NCBI GenBank assembly: GCA_951406725.2
Contig: OX597820.1
Coordinates: 47,988,001 to 48,052,000, forward strand
Direction of reading: 5' to 3'
Source: Octopus vulgaris
Taxonomy: Eukaryota
Length of the DNA: 64,000 bases
Notes under the pieces: generated by a model
The model's input: the letters and a program-made list of their open reading frames with translations, nothing else
Database searches by the model: none
Told to the model about the DNA's origin: nothing
Made by a program: the position numbers and the translations under genes
Part shown: one piece after another, positions 27,965 through 41,598 of the stretch
Numbering within the stretch: the first letter of the stretch is position 1
Layout: each line of letters starts with the position of its first letter

Positions 27965-28273
27965 AATATAGGTAGGTAGATAGGCTAATAGATAGGTAGA
28001 TAAATAGATAGTCAGACAGATAGACAGACAGATTGGTAGAGAGAGGTAGAGAAAGAAGGGTGATCTCATTTCTTATTCACCATTCATTTATTTATTTAGT
28101 CTTTTTTGATTTTTTCTCTCTTCCCATTTTTCTTCCCTTCTTTCTTTTCCCTTTTCTTCCTTTTTTCTTATTTTTTCCCCTGTCTTTCTTTTTCTCCTCT
28201 ATGAGTTATATTTAGAATACAAATTGTACTCTCTCCACTTTTTTTTCAAACATTCAATTTTGGAGAGAATATT

Positions 28274-28342
<69 letters not shown>

Positions 28343-28440
28343 AGATTAGCTCGTATACGAGTGGGTATATATTTGTAAAAAATGAAGTTTGAAAATGCTG
28401 CTATATTAGACAAATTTTAATTTTTATATATACATTATTT

Positions 28441-28485
28441 ATTTAACATGTTTCGGTTCTTGAAATGACGAACCTTATCAAAAAA
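28441..28485 (-). ncRNA. Degenerate hammerhead motif
   Basis: UUGAUAA (2 changes from CUGAUGA)-GGUUC-loop-GAACC-GAAA-CAUG-UU; palindromic ACAUGU. Confidence 0.5.
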
Positions 28486-28799
28486 AATTATATATAAAAA
28501 AGATAGTTCATGCTATCAAATATAAAAAATTCATATATAATATTTAATAGAGTCAAACATATATACATATACATATAGGTGAGTGAATTTAGAGGTTATA
28601 ATCGTCTAAGTGATACTTGTATCCACTAATTCCACTGGTGTATTACTTATATTTAATCATAAGCATTGGTGTTAATGCTCATAAATGTAGGTAATGACAA
28701 GAATAAAATGCAGTTTATTAATATTCAATGAATTGATGAATAAGAATTGATTTACATCAATCTTTAAGGATTGCTTTACTAAGCTTACCTAAGTCTGAT

Positions 28800-30000
28800 T
28801 TATTGGGGTAAATCAGTCTAACTTGTGTTACGTAAGTAATTGTCCGTATGGTCCTTCATTGTTAATCGGGGTTTAATGCGTGTAAAAGCTCCTGTTCTAT
28901 CATCTATATTATACTCAAACATAGTTTCTTGACCTTAAAAATTGCTTTACTATTCTAAGACTTAAAGATAAAGATACCAGATTCGTTTTAGAATGGAAAA
29001 TCCTAGCCTCCGCACCTTTGTACAATGTAAAAAATAAGAAATGCTATCTTTGCATCAATGCAAAATTCTTCATACTAGCGGCACAACACCCATTACTTAA
29101 GTTGAAGAGAGAGAGAAACTTAGCCTGTCTGTACAAGGGTAAGTTTACCTTCGCTATATATAAATAGCATTAGAGACCCTTTGCACCGTCCCCAAAAATA
29201 GCAACCAGAGCCCATGACCACAGAAATAACAGTTCTCGATATTAAATCTAGGCATATATTAACACCTAAATTAAAGCTAGTTAAATAGTATTACACACCT
29301 GAGTCCCTTTAGGTGATTCACGAGAAATATCCCTTCACCAACATATCTGAGTTTAAATTCCGCCAACTCCCGACCATAATAACTAAATACATGATAGATT
29401 TATTAAGATATTTCTCTTTATATAACCTCCTCACCCACTTTAGAAAATCAGCTCTTTCAACTATGATCCTAATTTAGCATAGAGAGGGCATTAGTACTTA
29501 ACCCCCCACAAATTAACCACCCCCTATGAGAGCCTGTACCCGTCATCTCAGCTAAGGCTGTACTTGCAACTAATTTTACTTAACTGAACCTTCTACACCA
29601 TGGGTTAGTTTGTTTTAATTAGCTTCATTTCTATCTGTACTAATTTCAGCCACCATACTGGTCTACTTTCATTTAATGTGGACCCCGTTAGACTTACCCA
29701 TTTAGGACACCACGTCGTATAACATAACTTAGTTTAACAACTTAATATTAATTGCACACCTATCGAGATTGTATTGGTTTGTACTTGGTACTGCAGTAGA
29801 CGCTTTTTCTATGAGCTATTATTACCCTTAAGCGTGTTGTGTATGAATGGAAGTGAAATTTTCTGGTAGACCCCATATGGTTGCACCCAAGCAAGGGTTA
29901 ATATAATTACAAGTTTAGTAATAAGAACGATATAACATTAATATTAATATATATTAAGTAGGATTTAGTAAACTATAGTGGTACCCTGAATTTGTAACCA
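28800..30000 (-). mobile_element. Possible very old Penelope-like RT remnant
   Basis: Faint frameshifted motifs on minus (G..MGS near 29875; RPVWWLK near 29650) upstream of the degenerate hammerhead. Confidence 0.25.
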
Positions 30001-30832
30001 TGTTAGTAATTAGCAAGTGATTTAACTTGTAATCGTTTAATTATTTGGGATTTTCGTGCTTTTGCCTTATCATTTGTCTACCAAGCAGAATGTACTCAGG
30101 AACAATTAGACAATTACTGTTTGTCTAGTATAACCACCACTTGGGACTGTGCGGGCTATTTAAGAAGATAGGCTTAATATTATAATTTGAATGTAAATAC
30201 CCAAGTAACTACCTCCCCTAACTGTAGTCTCCCCTTAACTATTAGTTATTTACCGTCGTACGGTTGCTCGTTTTCATGGTGGGTTGCTTTATAATGACAC
30301 AAGCGGCTTTGGGCCACTTATGATATAGGCTAGTCTACACACTGTTTATTGGCTTTTTTATTTTCTTGTTTATTTATATTTGCCCCCATAACAGTCTAAG
30401 CTTGCCCTTGGTTTTAAATTTAACTGACCAATTATTGGGACGGATGGACTTTGGTTAATTCCATTACAAACAACAGGTGATTGGTCTTTAGAATATATCA
30501 GTAAGTACATTATTGTAACAAATTTGCAGCTATGCTTTTGGAAAAAAATTAATTAACACTATTTACGAAATCATGAGTACTGTACTTTTTCAGACCTATT
30601 GGCGAATCCTGTTATACTTAAGTACTAATATTATTTCATTATTATTTATACACTGTGGTTCCCCTAAAGAAAGATCGACCCACCAATTATTTTTCTAGTT
30701 TATGCATTTGCTCATCGACTTTTGCTTTACAGTGCAAAATGGTATGACTGTAATTTATTAAGCTTTCTTTCCTCATCTCGAGGCCCTGTTCTTTACTCTT
30801 CTCTCTTCTCTTTTATTTTATGTATTTGTATT

Positions 30833-30953
30833 CATTCTGATGAAAGCTCCATGTATCAGGTCCGATGTGCTATAAAAGATGACGAATATTATGATCATAA
30901 GTTTCTATGGAGACACTGACTGCCACATGCATCAGAAACGGCTGTTGGCAATG
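30833..30953 (+). ncRNA. Possible hammerhead with long branched stem II
   Basis: CUGAUGA at 30837; CUCCAUG/UAUGGAG pairing; GAAA-CGGCUG-UU near-palindrome; weak stem I. Confidence 0.4.
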
Positions 30954-31074
30954 TTAAGTTTTGTATTAAAAAACAATAACCGACGGTAGTCAATTTTTTT
31001 GTTCATCAAATGTTTTCTCCATTTTCTGCATATTACACATACACACACACACACACGCACGCACACACACACAG

Positions 31075-31107
<33 letters not shown>

Positions 31108-31394
31108 CTTACACATACACACATATATATATATATACTTACACATACACACTGACACAGATACACGTATACACACACGCAGGCACAGATACATTGCTGG
31201 GATGGATCAAATGGCTGAGCAGATGAAGTATTCGAACAGAGGAACCTTGGTATTAAGATCAAAGCCATTATTGTCTTTAAGATCTTAGTTCAAATTTTAT
31301 ACATCAGACACTTACCCCTAAACATCAGTCTTCCTCATACATACATGCATACGCACACACACATAAATGAAAACCTATAGGCACACTTATATAT

Positions 31395-31630
31395 TTATGT
31401 GTGTGTGTGTGTGTGTGTCTTTGTGTCCGTATCTTTTCCCTACACCACCACTTGACAATCGGTGATGGTGTGTTTACATCCTCGTAATTTAGCAGTTCAG
31501 CGTAATAGATCGATATAACATGTACCTGGTTTATGAGAAATATAAGCATTGGTGTCGATTACATTCCACTAAAATTTCATACCCCAGCATGGTCCTGTGT
31601 AGAAACTGAAACAAGTAAAGGATAAAAGAT
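31395..31630 (+). mobile_element. SINE family B, 3' half, diverged
   Basis: CTTGACAATCGGTGATGGTGTGTTTACATCC...ACTGAAACAAGTAAAG. Confidence 0.7.
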
Positions 31631-31659
31631 AAATTATAAACTATTATAAACTATAAAGA

Positions 31660-32005
31660 ATTAAACGAGACTATTCAGAAAGGTAAAAACAATTATGTCA
31701 CCGAGTCGTGCGAAATCCTGAAGAGCAAGCAAAACGCAATATTCTGGAAGATCTTTTCCAGCAGGTGAAGGAGTTGAAAGGAGAATACACTGCAAAGACG
31801 GACAGAATGAAAGCACGAGCTGGAATAGTCCGAACAGTACCATAACAGGAAAGCAAAACTGGTACACCGAAAAGTTGTTGGGAAATGGTGCAAAGGTCAC
31901 CATGGGTTACACAGATTTAGGGTTTGAGAAAGAACCTGAACTACTAAGTGAATTACAAAGAGCTCTGGAAAAGATAAAAAACGTTGAAAGCATCAGGTCT
32001 AGATC
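31660..32005 (+). mobile_element. Decayed RTE-like LINE fragment (upstream of the RT core)
   Basis: Frameshifted EPELLSELQRALEKIKN.KASGLD, resembling EPxxxxxEVxxALxxxxxxKAxGxD. Confidence 0.5.
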
Positions 32006-32522
32006 TAGTGTCAGGCAAAAAGGTGGATGGCAAATATCAAGAGCTGGTTGAACAAAGGTAACAAGGCGGCTGGGGAACTCGTGTTTAATCGGGAAGACTT
32101 TCGTTGTAGATTATCAATGCTTCGCTGGGGTACGATATATGACAACGGTGATGCATACATACATACATACATACATACATACATACATACATACATACAT
32201 ACATACATACATACATACATACATACACTAAAACACAAATCTGTACGTATATACATTCATACATACATACGTACATACATACATACAAACAAAATACCCT
32301 GTTGTTGATTTTGAAATTCCAATGAAAAAGACTTTTATCTAGGTTAGAAACCGGTTCTTTCTCTATTGGCAAGAAATCTTGAAATAAACTGAATATATGA
32401 AACGTAAAAGAAATATCAAAACAATATTGTCCATTCAAATCTGAGAGATCTGAGCCTCTTGTCAGAGTTTCTCATTTCCGGTCAGCAGACAAAAGCAGAA
32501 ATGAATGCGAAGGCTTGTATGT

Positions 32523-32588
<66 letters not shown>

Positions 32589-32707
32589 TTGTGTAAGTAA
32601 ATGTACGCATTTATATGTCATGTGGATGCGTACAGGTATACAATACGTCCATTAAAAGCACATTCACATATACGTAACCCAATGTATTCGTTTGTGTGAG
32701 TGTGCGA

Positions 32708-32753
<46 letters not shown>

Positions 32754-33080
32754 GCACACACACATTCACTCATCACACATACATGGAAGTATGTATATGT
32801 TTATAGACATATATTGTTATATCTAAAATTAAGTAGTGTGCCAACTGGAGTGTGACAAAGTGTACGAAATTCCTCACAAAAACAGAATCCAACATTGGTT
32901 ACTTTTCAATTCTACATCCATCACTGAAAACAAACAGTGCATAGTCATTTCCTCTCCTTCTCTCTCCGTCTCCCACTCTCTGACCCTGTCTCTCCTCTTT
33001 CTTTTCTCTCTCTTCCTATATGTCTGTGTGACTAAGTGTATGTGTTTATATATATATACATACACACATAATATATAAAC

Positions 33081-33144
<64 letters not shown>

Positions 33145-33721
33145 CTGTGAGTGTGTGTGAGCATGTATGCATATGATAAACTACGCAGTATGTATTTGTG
33201 TATATTGAAAGCAAAGGCTAAAACAAAGGTTCTCCACTCAGCGGGATACTCTGCTCTAAATTACTTCTAATTTCACGCCTTACCAAAATCATTTCGCTAA
33301 GCAGCTGGTAATGTAAATGGCCAACACTGTTCAGAACAGCGTGGTGCCTTGTTGGCATTATGTGTACGTTGTTCTTAATGTGTGCTAAAACTGTGTGCTT
33401 CAGTATATGTGAGAGGGTGTAGTTGTCGGCTTTTATTATTGGGTTGTTTGTTCTTGTTGCAAATAAACTCAAACCGCTAAATTGTAACAAAATAACCAGC
33501 CGCCGAGACGTGTAAATGTCGGCAGCGAGTTGATACGGTTTCGAATTTTCAAGGCACCAATTTTCAAGCTACTTAATTTTTCGTCACATATCATTATTCA
33601 CTTTGGAATTGCATGAAGATCATAACCTCACATTTTAGCCTTGCTTAACAGCGTATGAATTTTAAGTACTGATTTACTTTATATTCTGATAATGCTTTCA
33701 AAAAGTGAATGAAATTATATT

Positions 33722-34524
33722 GGCTTCAAATGTTGGCTCAAGACCAGCATGTTCGAGGTAAGTCGATTACATCAAACCCGGTGCTCAACTGGTAATTATT
33801 TTATCGACACCCAGGGTATGAAAGGCAAATTCGGTCTCGGTGGAATTAGAACTCAAAGCATAAACACGGACGAAATGCCGCTAAGCATTATGCCAGGCGT
33901 GCTAACGATTCTGCCAACTCGCCGCTTTATTGAATGAAATTACATTGCTTTCAAATTTGGGCACAAGGCCCGCAAGTTCGGGGGAGGAGATAAGTCAATT
34001 ACATCGATCTCAGTGCGTAACTGGTACTTATTTTATCCACACTGAAAGGGATGGATGGCAAAGTCGATGTCGGTGAAATTTTTAACTTAGGACGTAAAGA
34101 CGGATGATATGCCATTAAGCGTTTTGCTCAACGTGTTAAAAATTATATTCGTATCTATTCTAGACACAAGGCCCGAAATTTTGGGGGCGGTGGGGGGTTT
34201 GGCAGTCGATTAGATCGACCGACCACAGTACAGAACTGGTACTTAATTTATCGACTCCGAAAGGATGAAATGCGAAGTCGACGCGGTGGTATTTGAACTC
34301 AGAACGTAAAGACAGACGAAATACTGCTAATTATTTCGCCCATCGTGCTAATGTTTCTGCCAACTCGCCGCCTTGCATATACTTTTCTACTCTAGACACA
34401 AGGCCCGAATTTTTTGTTGAGGGGGCCAGGCGATTAGATCGACCCCAGTACGCAACTGCTACTTAAATTATCGACCCCGAAAGGATAAAATGGAAAGTCG
34501 ACCTCAGCGGAATTTGAACTCAGA
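33722..34524 (-). mobile_element. Four head-to-tail SINE family C copies; the last is truncated by the Penelope element
   Basis: Units ~33722-33927, 33945-34138, 34155-34375, 34383-34524 each with CACAAGGCC..GTCGATT..GGTACTT..AAGTCGAC..GAACTCAG blocks. Confidence 0.85.
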
Positions 34525-36524
34525 AAGATACCATCCTTGTAAATCTTAGGAAGACCGTACATGTGTGGTAGTTTACAGTGGTGTTGAGTCAGTTGTCTGT
34601 ACCTCATTGGTGTAAAATAATCCTTGTTCTTGATCAAGATCTGTGATAACTTCCTCTCTGTTTTCAATGTAGTGTCTTTCTTTACTCTGCTGTAGTAATA
34701 TCAAAAATTCTGACTAAACTGAAAAGTTGGCAAGTCTTATAAGTGATGGTAGCTACAGCAAAGTTAAGAAATATCCTACTTTGAAAACAGAAAGGAAGTT
34801 GTCATCGATCTTGATCAAGAACAAGGATCACTTTGCACCAATGAAGTACAGACAACTGACTCAATACTATAGTAAACTACCACACATGTCTTCCTCAGAT
34901 TCACAAGGTTGGTATTCCATTAAGACCTATAGTGAGCTGTAGAGATTCAGCATGTCATCCATTGAGCCGCTTCCTTTCCATTAGCAGGAAAGTCAACATC
35001 GTACGTGAAGAATTCCACCCACTTCACAGAATTGATCAAGAATACCACCATTGAATCCAACCAGATGGCGAGTCTAGATGTGATAAACCTATTCACCAAA
35101 GTTCCAACTGGTGAAGCACTATCGGTGATTCAAGAAAATTAGTGACAGATACCCATCTAAAAGAACGCACTAGTATATCAATAAGTAACTTGATGGAAAT
35201 GTTGACCTTCTGTGGAGAAACTACCGACTTCGGTATGGACACTGATATATATCGACAAGAGGAGTGTTTAGCTATGGTTTCGCTATTATAACCGGTAATA
35301 GCCAAGATATACATGGAATACTTTGAGAATTTGTCTTTAGGGTCAACACCATTAAAACCAATACTATGGCTACGATATGTTGATGACACCTTTATACTCT
35401 GGCCCCACTAAGATGTCCAAATGCTGTTAGATCATGTGAACTCAATAAAGCCATCCATACAGTTCACAATGGAAAAGGAAAAAGACAATCAGCTGGCATT
35501 CCTGGACGTATTAATAACTCGCACAAAGTATGGATTCAGGATATCCGTACACCGCAAGCCGACGTCTACTGGACGAGACCCCAACTTCAATTTCCATCAT
35601 CCATAGTGTAAAGAGAGGGATTTCTCAGTGTCTAAAACATCGTGCAAAGAATATAAGTAGCGATCGTGATACACACCACGAAGAAATGATCAAGCTCAAT
35701 AACGATCTGGTAAGCAATAACTACCACAAAAGTATAATATCCACTCCAATTATGAAGAAGAGAGAAGATGAGGCAAATAAACCGTCCACCCTATGTGAAA
35801 GGCCTCTCCGAAAAGATACAAAAGATATGCGTCCCATATGACATCAGGACAGTATTCAAGAGTATTACAACACTTCGCAAATATTTTCTTCGAGTAAAAC
35901 CACAATTAGAAGTGAATATGCCCAAAGACTGTGTGTACACCATCCCATGCACCTGTGGTAGGCTATACAGGGCGAAACATGCCACCCCCTCAAAATAAGG
36001 GAAGACGAACATCGTAAAGCTGGGACACAAGAAGATATTGATAAATCGGGTATAGCTGATCGTGTACGCAAAAATGGAGACCACCTCTCCCTGTGGGATG
36101 AAGTTGAAATAATAGACAGAGAACACCCCTGGAAAATACAAAAAGTAAAAGAAGCAGCACATGTACTAGAACACAACACCTCCTAAGCAGACCAAGTGCA
36201 GATATGAACAGCATATGGGAACTGGTATTAAGCAAGGATAGAAAAACGTTAGATTTATAAGCCCTAAAATTGCCCACGGGAATATGGCATAGTGGTTAAG
36301 AGCGCGGGCTACTAACCCCAAGATTCCGAGTTCGATTCCAAGCAATACTTAATAATACTTAATAATAATAACATAGAACCTAGGTTCAAAATTTCCCCAA
36401 GACACCTGAAGAAGGCTGGAGGGTATATCAGCCATAACAACAAACAAGATGAGGACAAATATCCGTCAATATATAAATAATGTAAATATTGTACATAATT
36501 CCCCATCTCTTAAATATAGAACTG
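34525..36524 (+). mobile_element. 5'-truncated decayed Penelope-like element (RT + GIY-YIG) with inverted 5' segment and family A 3' terminal repeat
   Basis: SLDVINLFTKVP (35071), YRQEECLAM..LSPVIA, WLRYVDDTF (35366), FTMEKE..LAFLDV, CVYTIPCTCGRLY (~35930), KVKEAAH; 34525-34696 is an inverted copy of 34753-34917; 36280-36524 is family A. Confidence 0.92.
36284..36345 (+). promoter_or_regulatory. tRNA-like internal Pol III promoter (A and B boxes) in family A
   Basis: TGGCATAGTGG, anticodon-like arm GGG-CTACTAA-CCC, GAGTTCGATTCC. Confidence 0.65.
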
Positions 36525-36861
36525 TAGCTCTGAGCAAATAAGCTCTATCCTGCATTTAAAATGATATTATCTTTAATTAGCTACTATTCTAACGTGTTGA
36601 ACGGTCTTGTAAGGCACGGTGGAGACCTATTTCAGTATCAGATACAAAATTACACAACAGAAATTATGAGAACCTGTGAGTGGTGGTGTGGGGAGCATTT
36701 ATGTTGTTGAAAATAACGACGACTCTTTAATTTTACTAACTTATGGGAAATTACTGTTTCTCTCTTTAAGTTTATAACCACAATTTCATGTGGAGTTTCA
36801 AATCTGAGTGCAGATAGACTTTTATCCGTGGTGAGGAGTTCAACACGCCAGCCATAGATAT

Positions 36862-37076
36862 TGATTTCAACTTTTGACACAAGGCTTGTAGCTTTGTGGG
36901 TTGGGTTAAGTTGATTACATCGACTCTAATGCTCAAATGATACTTATTTTAGTAACCCCGAAAGGATGAAAGGCAAAGTCGACTTCGGCGGAATTTGAAC
37001 TCAGAACGTAAAGATGGACGAAATGTTGCTAAGCATTTTTCCAAGGGTGCTAACGATGCTACTAGCTCGCCGCCTT
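36862..37076 (-). mobile_element. SINE family C, full length
   Basis: Minus begins AAGGCGGCGAGCTAGTAG...GAGTTCAAATTCCGCCGAAGTCGACTTTGCC. Confidence 0.85.
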
Positions 37077-37870
37077 ACGTCAGCCATAGCTATTTTCTAC
37101 TTGTTTTTTAGTAGAATAGTATAGATTCGCGTAGAGAAGTCATGCGAATGCAGGGTAGAGTAAGAAATTGTGTAAAGAAGAAATATTGCGAATGAAAGTG
37201 ATATAAAGAGCGGTTTTAATGTGATATGATATGCTATGACCATGATGTATGGCGTGGATGATGGTAGTGATGTTACGATTATTGCAAGTCGTTAGCTGTT
37301 GTGACACGGGAAAATGTCCGAAAGGTAAGTTCTGCCTAAAGAAGTTATAGGTAACTTCACTCCATCATAAATGATGTCTGCCATAACGTCCAGCCATTCT
37401 TGCAGCATTGTGGCTTACGGGCGTCAATTACTCTGAAATTTCTAACATTGGAGCACATGCTCCTTGTAGGGAATCTCATACTGGACAAGTCAATGGATAG
37501 AACTCAGATTAATATGGAATACCTTTTCTCAGAGGTGTAGGGGCAACTACTTTAACTAGAGGAAAGCAAATTTACAAAAGCACCGATGGCAATACAAGGC
37601 CAATTTAGACCTGGGAGAGAACTTCCCAGAGTCGGAAACAGTGGAGAAAAGTTGTCGATAGTTTATGATCACGTGGAGCGAAGGGCTTAAAAAGAATAAG
37701 ACAAAAATATGGAACGTGGTGCGTCGATGTAATGTTTTAGCAACTTAAATTATAGCCGTAATGAGAAAAACATTTCCTAGCGTCATTACTCTGACATTAT
37801 TAAAGGTAAAGAATAATGACAAAATAAGTTTGCCATCAATTTGAAGATGAGTACAATACATGATATTATT

Positions 37871-37910
37871 TCAAGACGCGTTTCGTTCTCATTGGATCTC
37901 CTCGGAAGTA
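37871..37910 (-). ncRNA. Degenerate hammerhead motif
   Basis: CCGAGGA-GAUC..GAAC-GAAA-CGCG-UC; palindromic ACGCGU and GUC; core and stems mutated. Confidence 0.35.
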
Positions 37911-38080
37911 TAATCAACTCATAGGTAGTGCTCTGAAAAACAAATCATATAATGCTAATGAAACAAAAATCTTTCTTAGAGTGCAGCTTAGCTAAGCACA
38001 TAAGCGTGTGCATGGAAAAACGCATCTCTCTCTCTCTCTTTCCCTCTCACTTTCTCTGTATACCTCTTTCTGTTTATTTC

Positions 38081-38115
38081 CTTTCTGATGAAGAGCGTAG
38101 GCTCGAAACATAAAA
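38081..38115 (+). ncRNA. Minimal type I hammerhead motif
   Basis: CUUU-CUGAUGA-A-GAGC-GUAG-GCUC-GAAA-CA-UA-AAAU; ACAU could be CpG-decayed ACGU. Confidence 0.65.
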
Positions 38116-38530
38116 TACTTTATCATTTTCCCGAGCATCAAACTAATACACTTGCTTGCTGCTCATACACCTGTCTTCGTCTTTTGTTTTTCGATAAATT
38201 TCAATTATATTTATGCACGCGTACAAAGAAGCTACGGAAATTTGAACTGTTTCCGTTGAATCAGTTGTAGAAGACACTTTCCCTTAAAGGGAATGAACTC
38301 GAAACAATATGGGGATCCAGTGAAATCCTTACCCCTTTATGTGTTTACCTAAGCACACACACACACATACACACACACCCATACGCGCATACACGCACAC
38401 ATACACTCACACTTCCCCCACTCACACACGAAACACTTATACTCACATCCATCCACATACACACACACATGCCAATATAGAAATAGGTAAATGGATGTGT
38501 GGGTGTATATCTGTTTTTCTCGCTCTCTCT

Positions 38531-38594
<64 letters not shown>

Positions 38595-38629
38595 ATCTCT
38601 CTCTGTACCAACCTTCCCCACTCTCTCTA

Positions 38630-38698
<69 letters not shown>

Positions 38699-39890
38699 AT
38701 ACACACACTTGTTACACTGTCTGTGTATCTCTTCCACATGTATGGTATAAGGCTACAAACAGTCACAAAAATATACACACACACATATGAGTGGCGTGAA
38801 TACGCACGCCACACACACACACACATACACATACACACACGTATATATACACATATATGTATATGCATGTATGTTTGTGTGTATTCGTGTATGTGATGCA
38901 GACGGTCATTTCTCACATGATAAATGCCGCCATCATCCACAGTCCAGTGCTCAAAGTAATTTTCTCAGCCAAGCGGCCATATTGCTGTATAATATCAAAC
39001 CATTTAGTTACCACTGAGCAATTAAACTGCTTCCGCTTCCGTCTCAGTGCCGTTGATCTGATCAGACACGCCACTCATTGCTATTCACGCATGTCCAATC
39101 GGCCGAATCATTTCTTTCTTCCACTTCCGGTTTTGTTTGTTTAATGTATTGTTTGTTGATAAATATATATTTGTGGTTATTGATTTTGTTAGTGTATAGT
39201 TTCTTGTTTCTTTCACTACCTTGTGGTTATCGTTGTTGCTGTGGTAGTTAATGTTGTTAGTGTGTTCACTGTTGATCATTAACGTATTTCTATGATTGCC
39301 TTTTTTCTCTTTTTAGTAAATTGGTTTTAATGACCACAGTGTTGTTGCTGTTCTTGTTCTTGTTGTTGGTGGTATTACTACTACTACTACTACTAATGGT
39401 GATGTAGCCATAATTTTCACTTAAGCAAACACTTTCCGTCTGTTTGAGTACCGGTCATTAATATCTACATGTTTGTTTATGCCTTTTGTTTGCTATTTTA
39501 GTTCTAACATGAATATTCTCCTCTTCCTCCTTCTTCATTTCCTCCTTCTTCTCCTTCTCCTCCTCTCTCTCCATCTCATCGTTGTTCTCTATCTCCTCCT
39601 CCACTATTTCATCATCGCCATTGAAGATCGTTACGTTGAAAATGATGATGGTTGTTGTTGACGAAGGAAACAAATACAACCATGTTCATGATCTTACTGA
39701 TGCTTCTAATGGTAATGATGATGGTCCAGAGAGACAGGAAGATAAAAATGACGACGGCGACGATAATGATGCTGATGATGATGATGACGATAATTGTGAT
39801 ACTGAAGATTACAGTACTGTATATCGAGGACCACTCATTTAATGATTTCCAGATTTAACCAACAAATTATATATATATTATAATGAGATA

Positions 39891-39996
<106 letters not shown>

Positions 39997-40091
39997 GTGT
40001 GTGAGTGTGACTGCTCTGACTGGACGTCAATCACATTAGCTTTTTCCCTTAACACACCTCATTTCATTAAGTGTCTACCTATCTACCTGTT

Positions 40092-40131
<40 letters not shown>

Positions 40132-40285
40132 CTATCTATCTATACATACCTAAACATGTACAACATACATATATGCGTACGTATATATACATATACATAC
40201 ATATATATACATACATAGACACATGCATAAATACAGGCATATATTCATACACACATATACATACACAATTGTATGTATGTGTATG

Positions 40286-40316
<31 letters not shown>

Positions 40317-40874
40317 ACTGATGAATATTTCTACTTTATCACGATTTACGGTATCGTATTTAATAAAATACGTCTCATACGTGGGTGAATGATATCAAGT
40401 ATCTTTTTCGAAAACAAACTTCTAAATGTATCCCATCCACCTAAAAATACGTACCTAACATAAAATTTAAAGTCTTGGAGAAATAACTATATTCCTGACA
40501 TGTGTCTATGTTGTTATAATCGGGTTCTCAGGCGCCAATGGATAGAAGTTGATGAGCCAGATAAACTGCCCTATGTGTTGCTGGTCTAGGCACAGTGGCA
40601 AAGCTTATAATTACTGATGCTCGTAGAGTTTACTCTGACCCTGCAATCATGCTAGTCACAGAAAGTCATGTGTAAACATAATACTTTCAAATCTGTCACA
40701 TTACCACATGGAAACTGCTGTCGCTGAATTTGAATATCCCGTCGGAATTCCCACTGATACCAGCATCATCTCTTCTCTATCACGTGGATTTGACGTAAAA
40801 GAAAAAAAATGCGTGACTTGAACTGAGCTATGGCAACCTAAATATTCTCTCCTAGAACCCATTTGTTATGTTAT

Positions 40875-41105
40875 TCTTTTACATATTTCAGTCATTTGAC
40901 TGCGGCCACGTTAGAGCACCACGTTTAGTCGAACAGATTGGCTGCAGGACTTATACTTTCTAACTTTGTTACTTATTCTCTCGTTGTCTTTTGCCGAACC
41001 GCTAAGTTAGCGGGCATATAAACACACCAGCATTGGTTGTCAAGCGATGGTGGTGGTGGTGGCGGCGGAGGGACAAATACACACACACACACACAAATAT
41101 ATGTA

Positions 41106-41156
<51 letters not shown>

Positions 41157-41280
41157 GACGGGTCTCTTTCATTTTCCGTCTACCAAATCTACTCACAAGG
41201 CATAGGGCATTAATCGGCCCGAGGCTATAGTACTATAGTAGAAGACAATTGCCCAAGGTGCCACGAGGTGGAACTGAAAA
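40875..41280 (-). mobile_element. SINE family B
   Basis: Family blocks in order with an internal (TA)n. Confidence 0.88.
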
Positions 41281-41342
41281 CAGATCCATTCAGCATTATC
41301 AGCCACAAGACGTGTTCAGGCAGAAGTGAACTTCAAGTTTAG

Positions 41343-41598
41343 TTAAAATGTTTGTGACATATTTCAACCCCTAAAGGCAAATTCACTGCAGTTGCAACGG
41401 GGAAAAATTTGTCTCGTATTGTAAAAGTTGTAAAAACGTTTACCATAAAATGCTAGAAACACGTCTAGAAATCAGACAGGGGGAAGCACTGGATAGATAT
41501 GGTGTTTTTACGCCATAAGAGAGAATCTTTTTATCCATGGTAACTGTAGTGAATTTGCTTTCAGGAGTTCAAATATGTCACAAATATATTTTAAATAA
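41343..41598. mobile_element. MITE-like element with ~60-bp imperfect TIRs
   Basis: TTTGTGACATATTTCAACCCCTAAAGGCAAATTCACTGCAGTT vs reverse complement of AACTGTAGTGAATTTGCTTTCAGGAGTTCAAATATGTCACAAA. Confidence 0.75.

Noticed and set aside
32313-32361. CCAATGA...GAAACCGGTT with palindromic ACCGGT
   Set aside because: Two core mismatches and a weak stem II; cannot be called from one copy
36284-36345. tRNA gene with an ACT anticodon-like loop
   Set aside because: No convincing acceptor stem or terminator; it is a repeat head, as are the other tRNA-like hits
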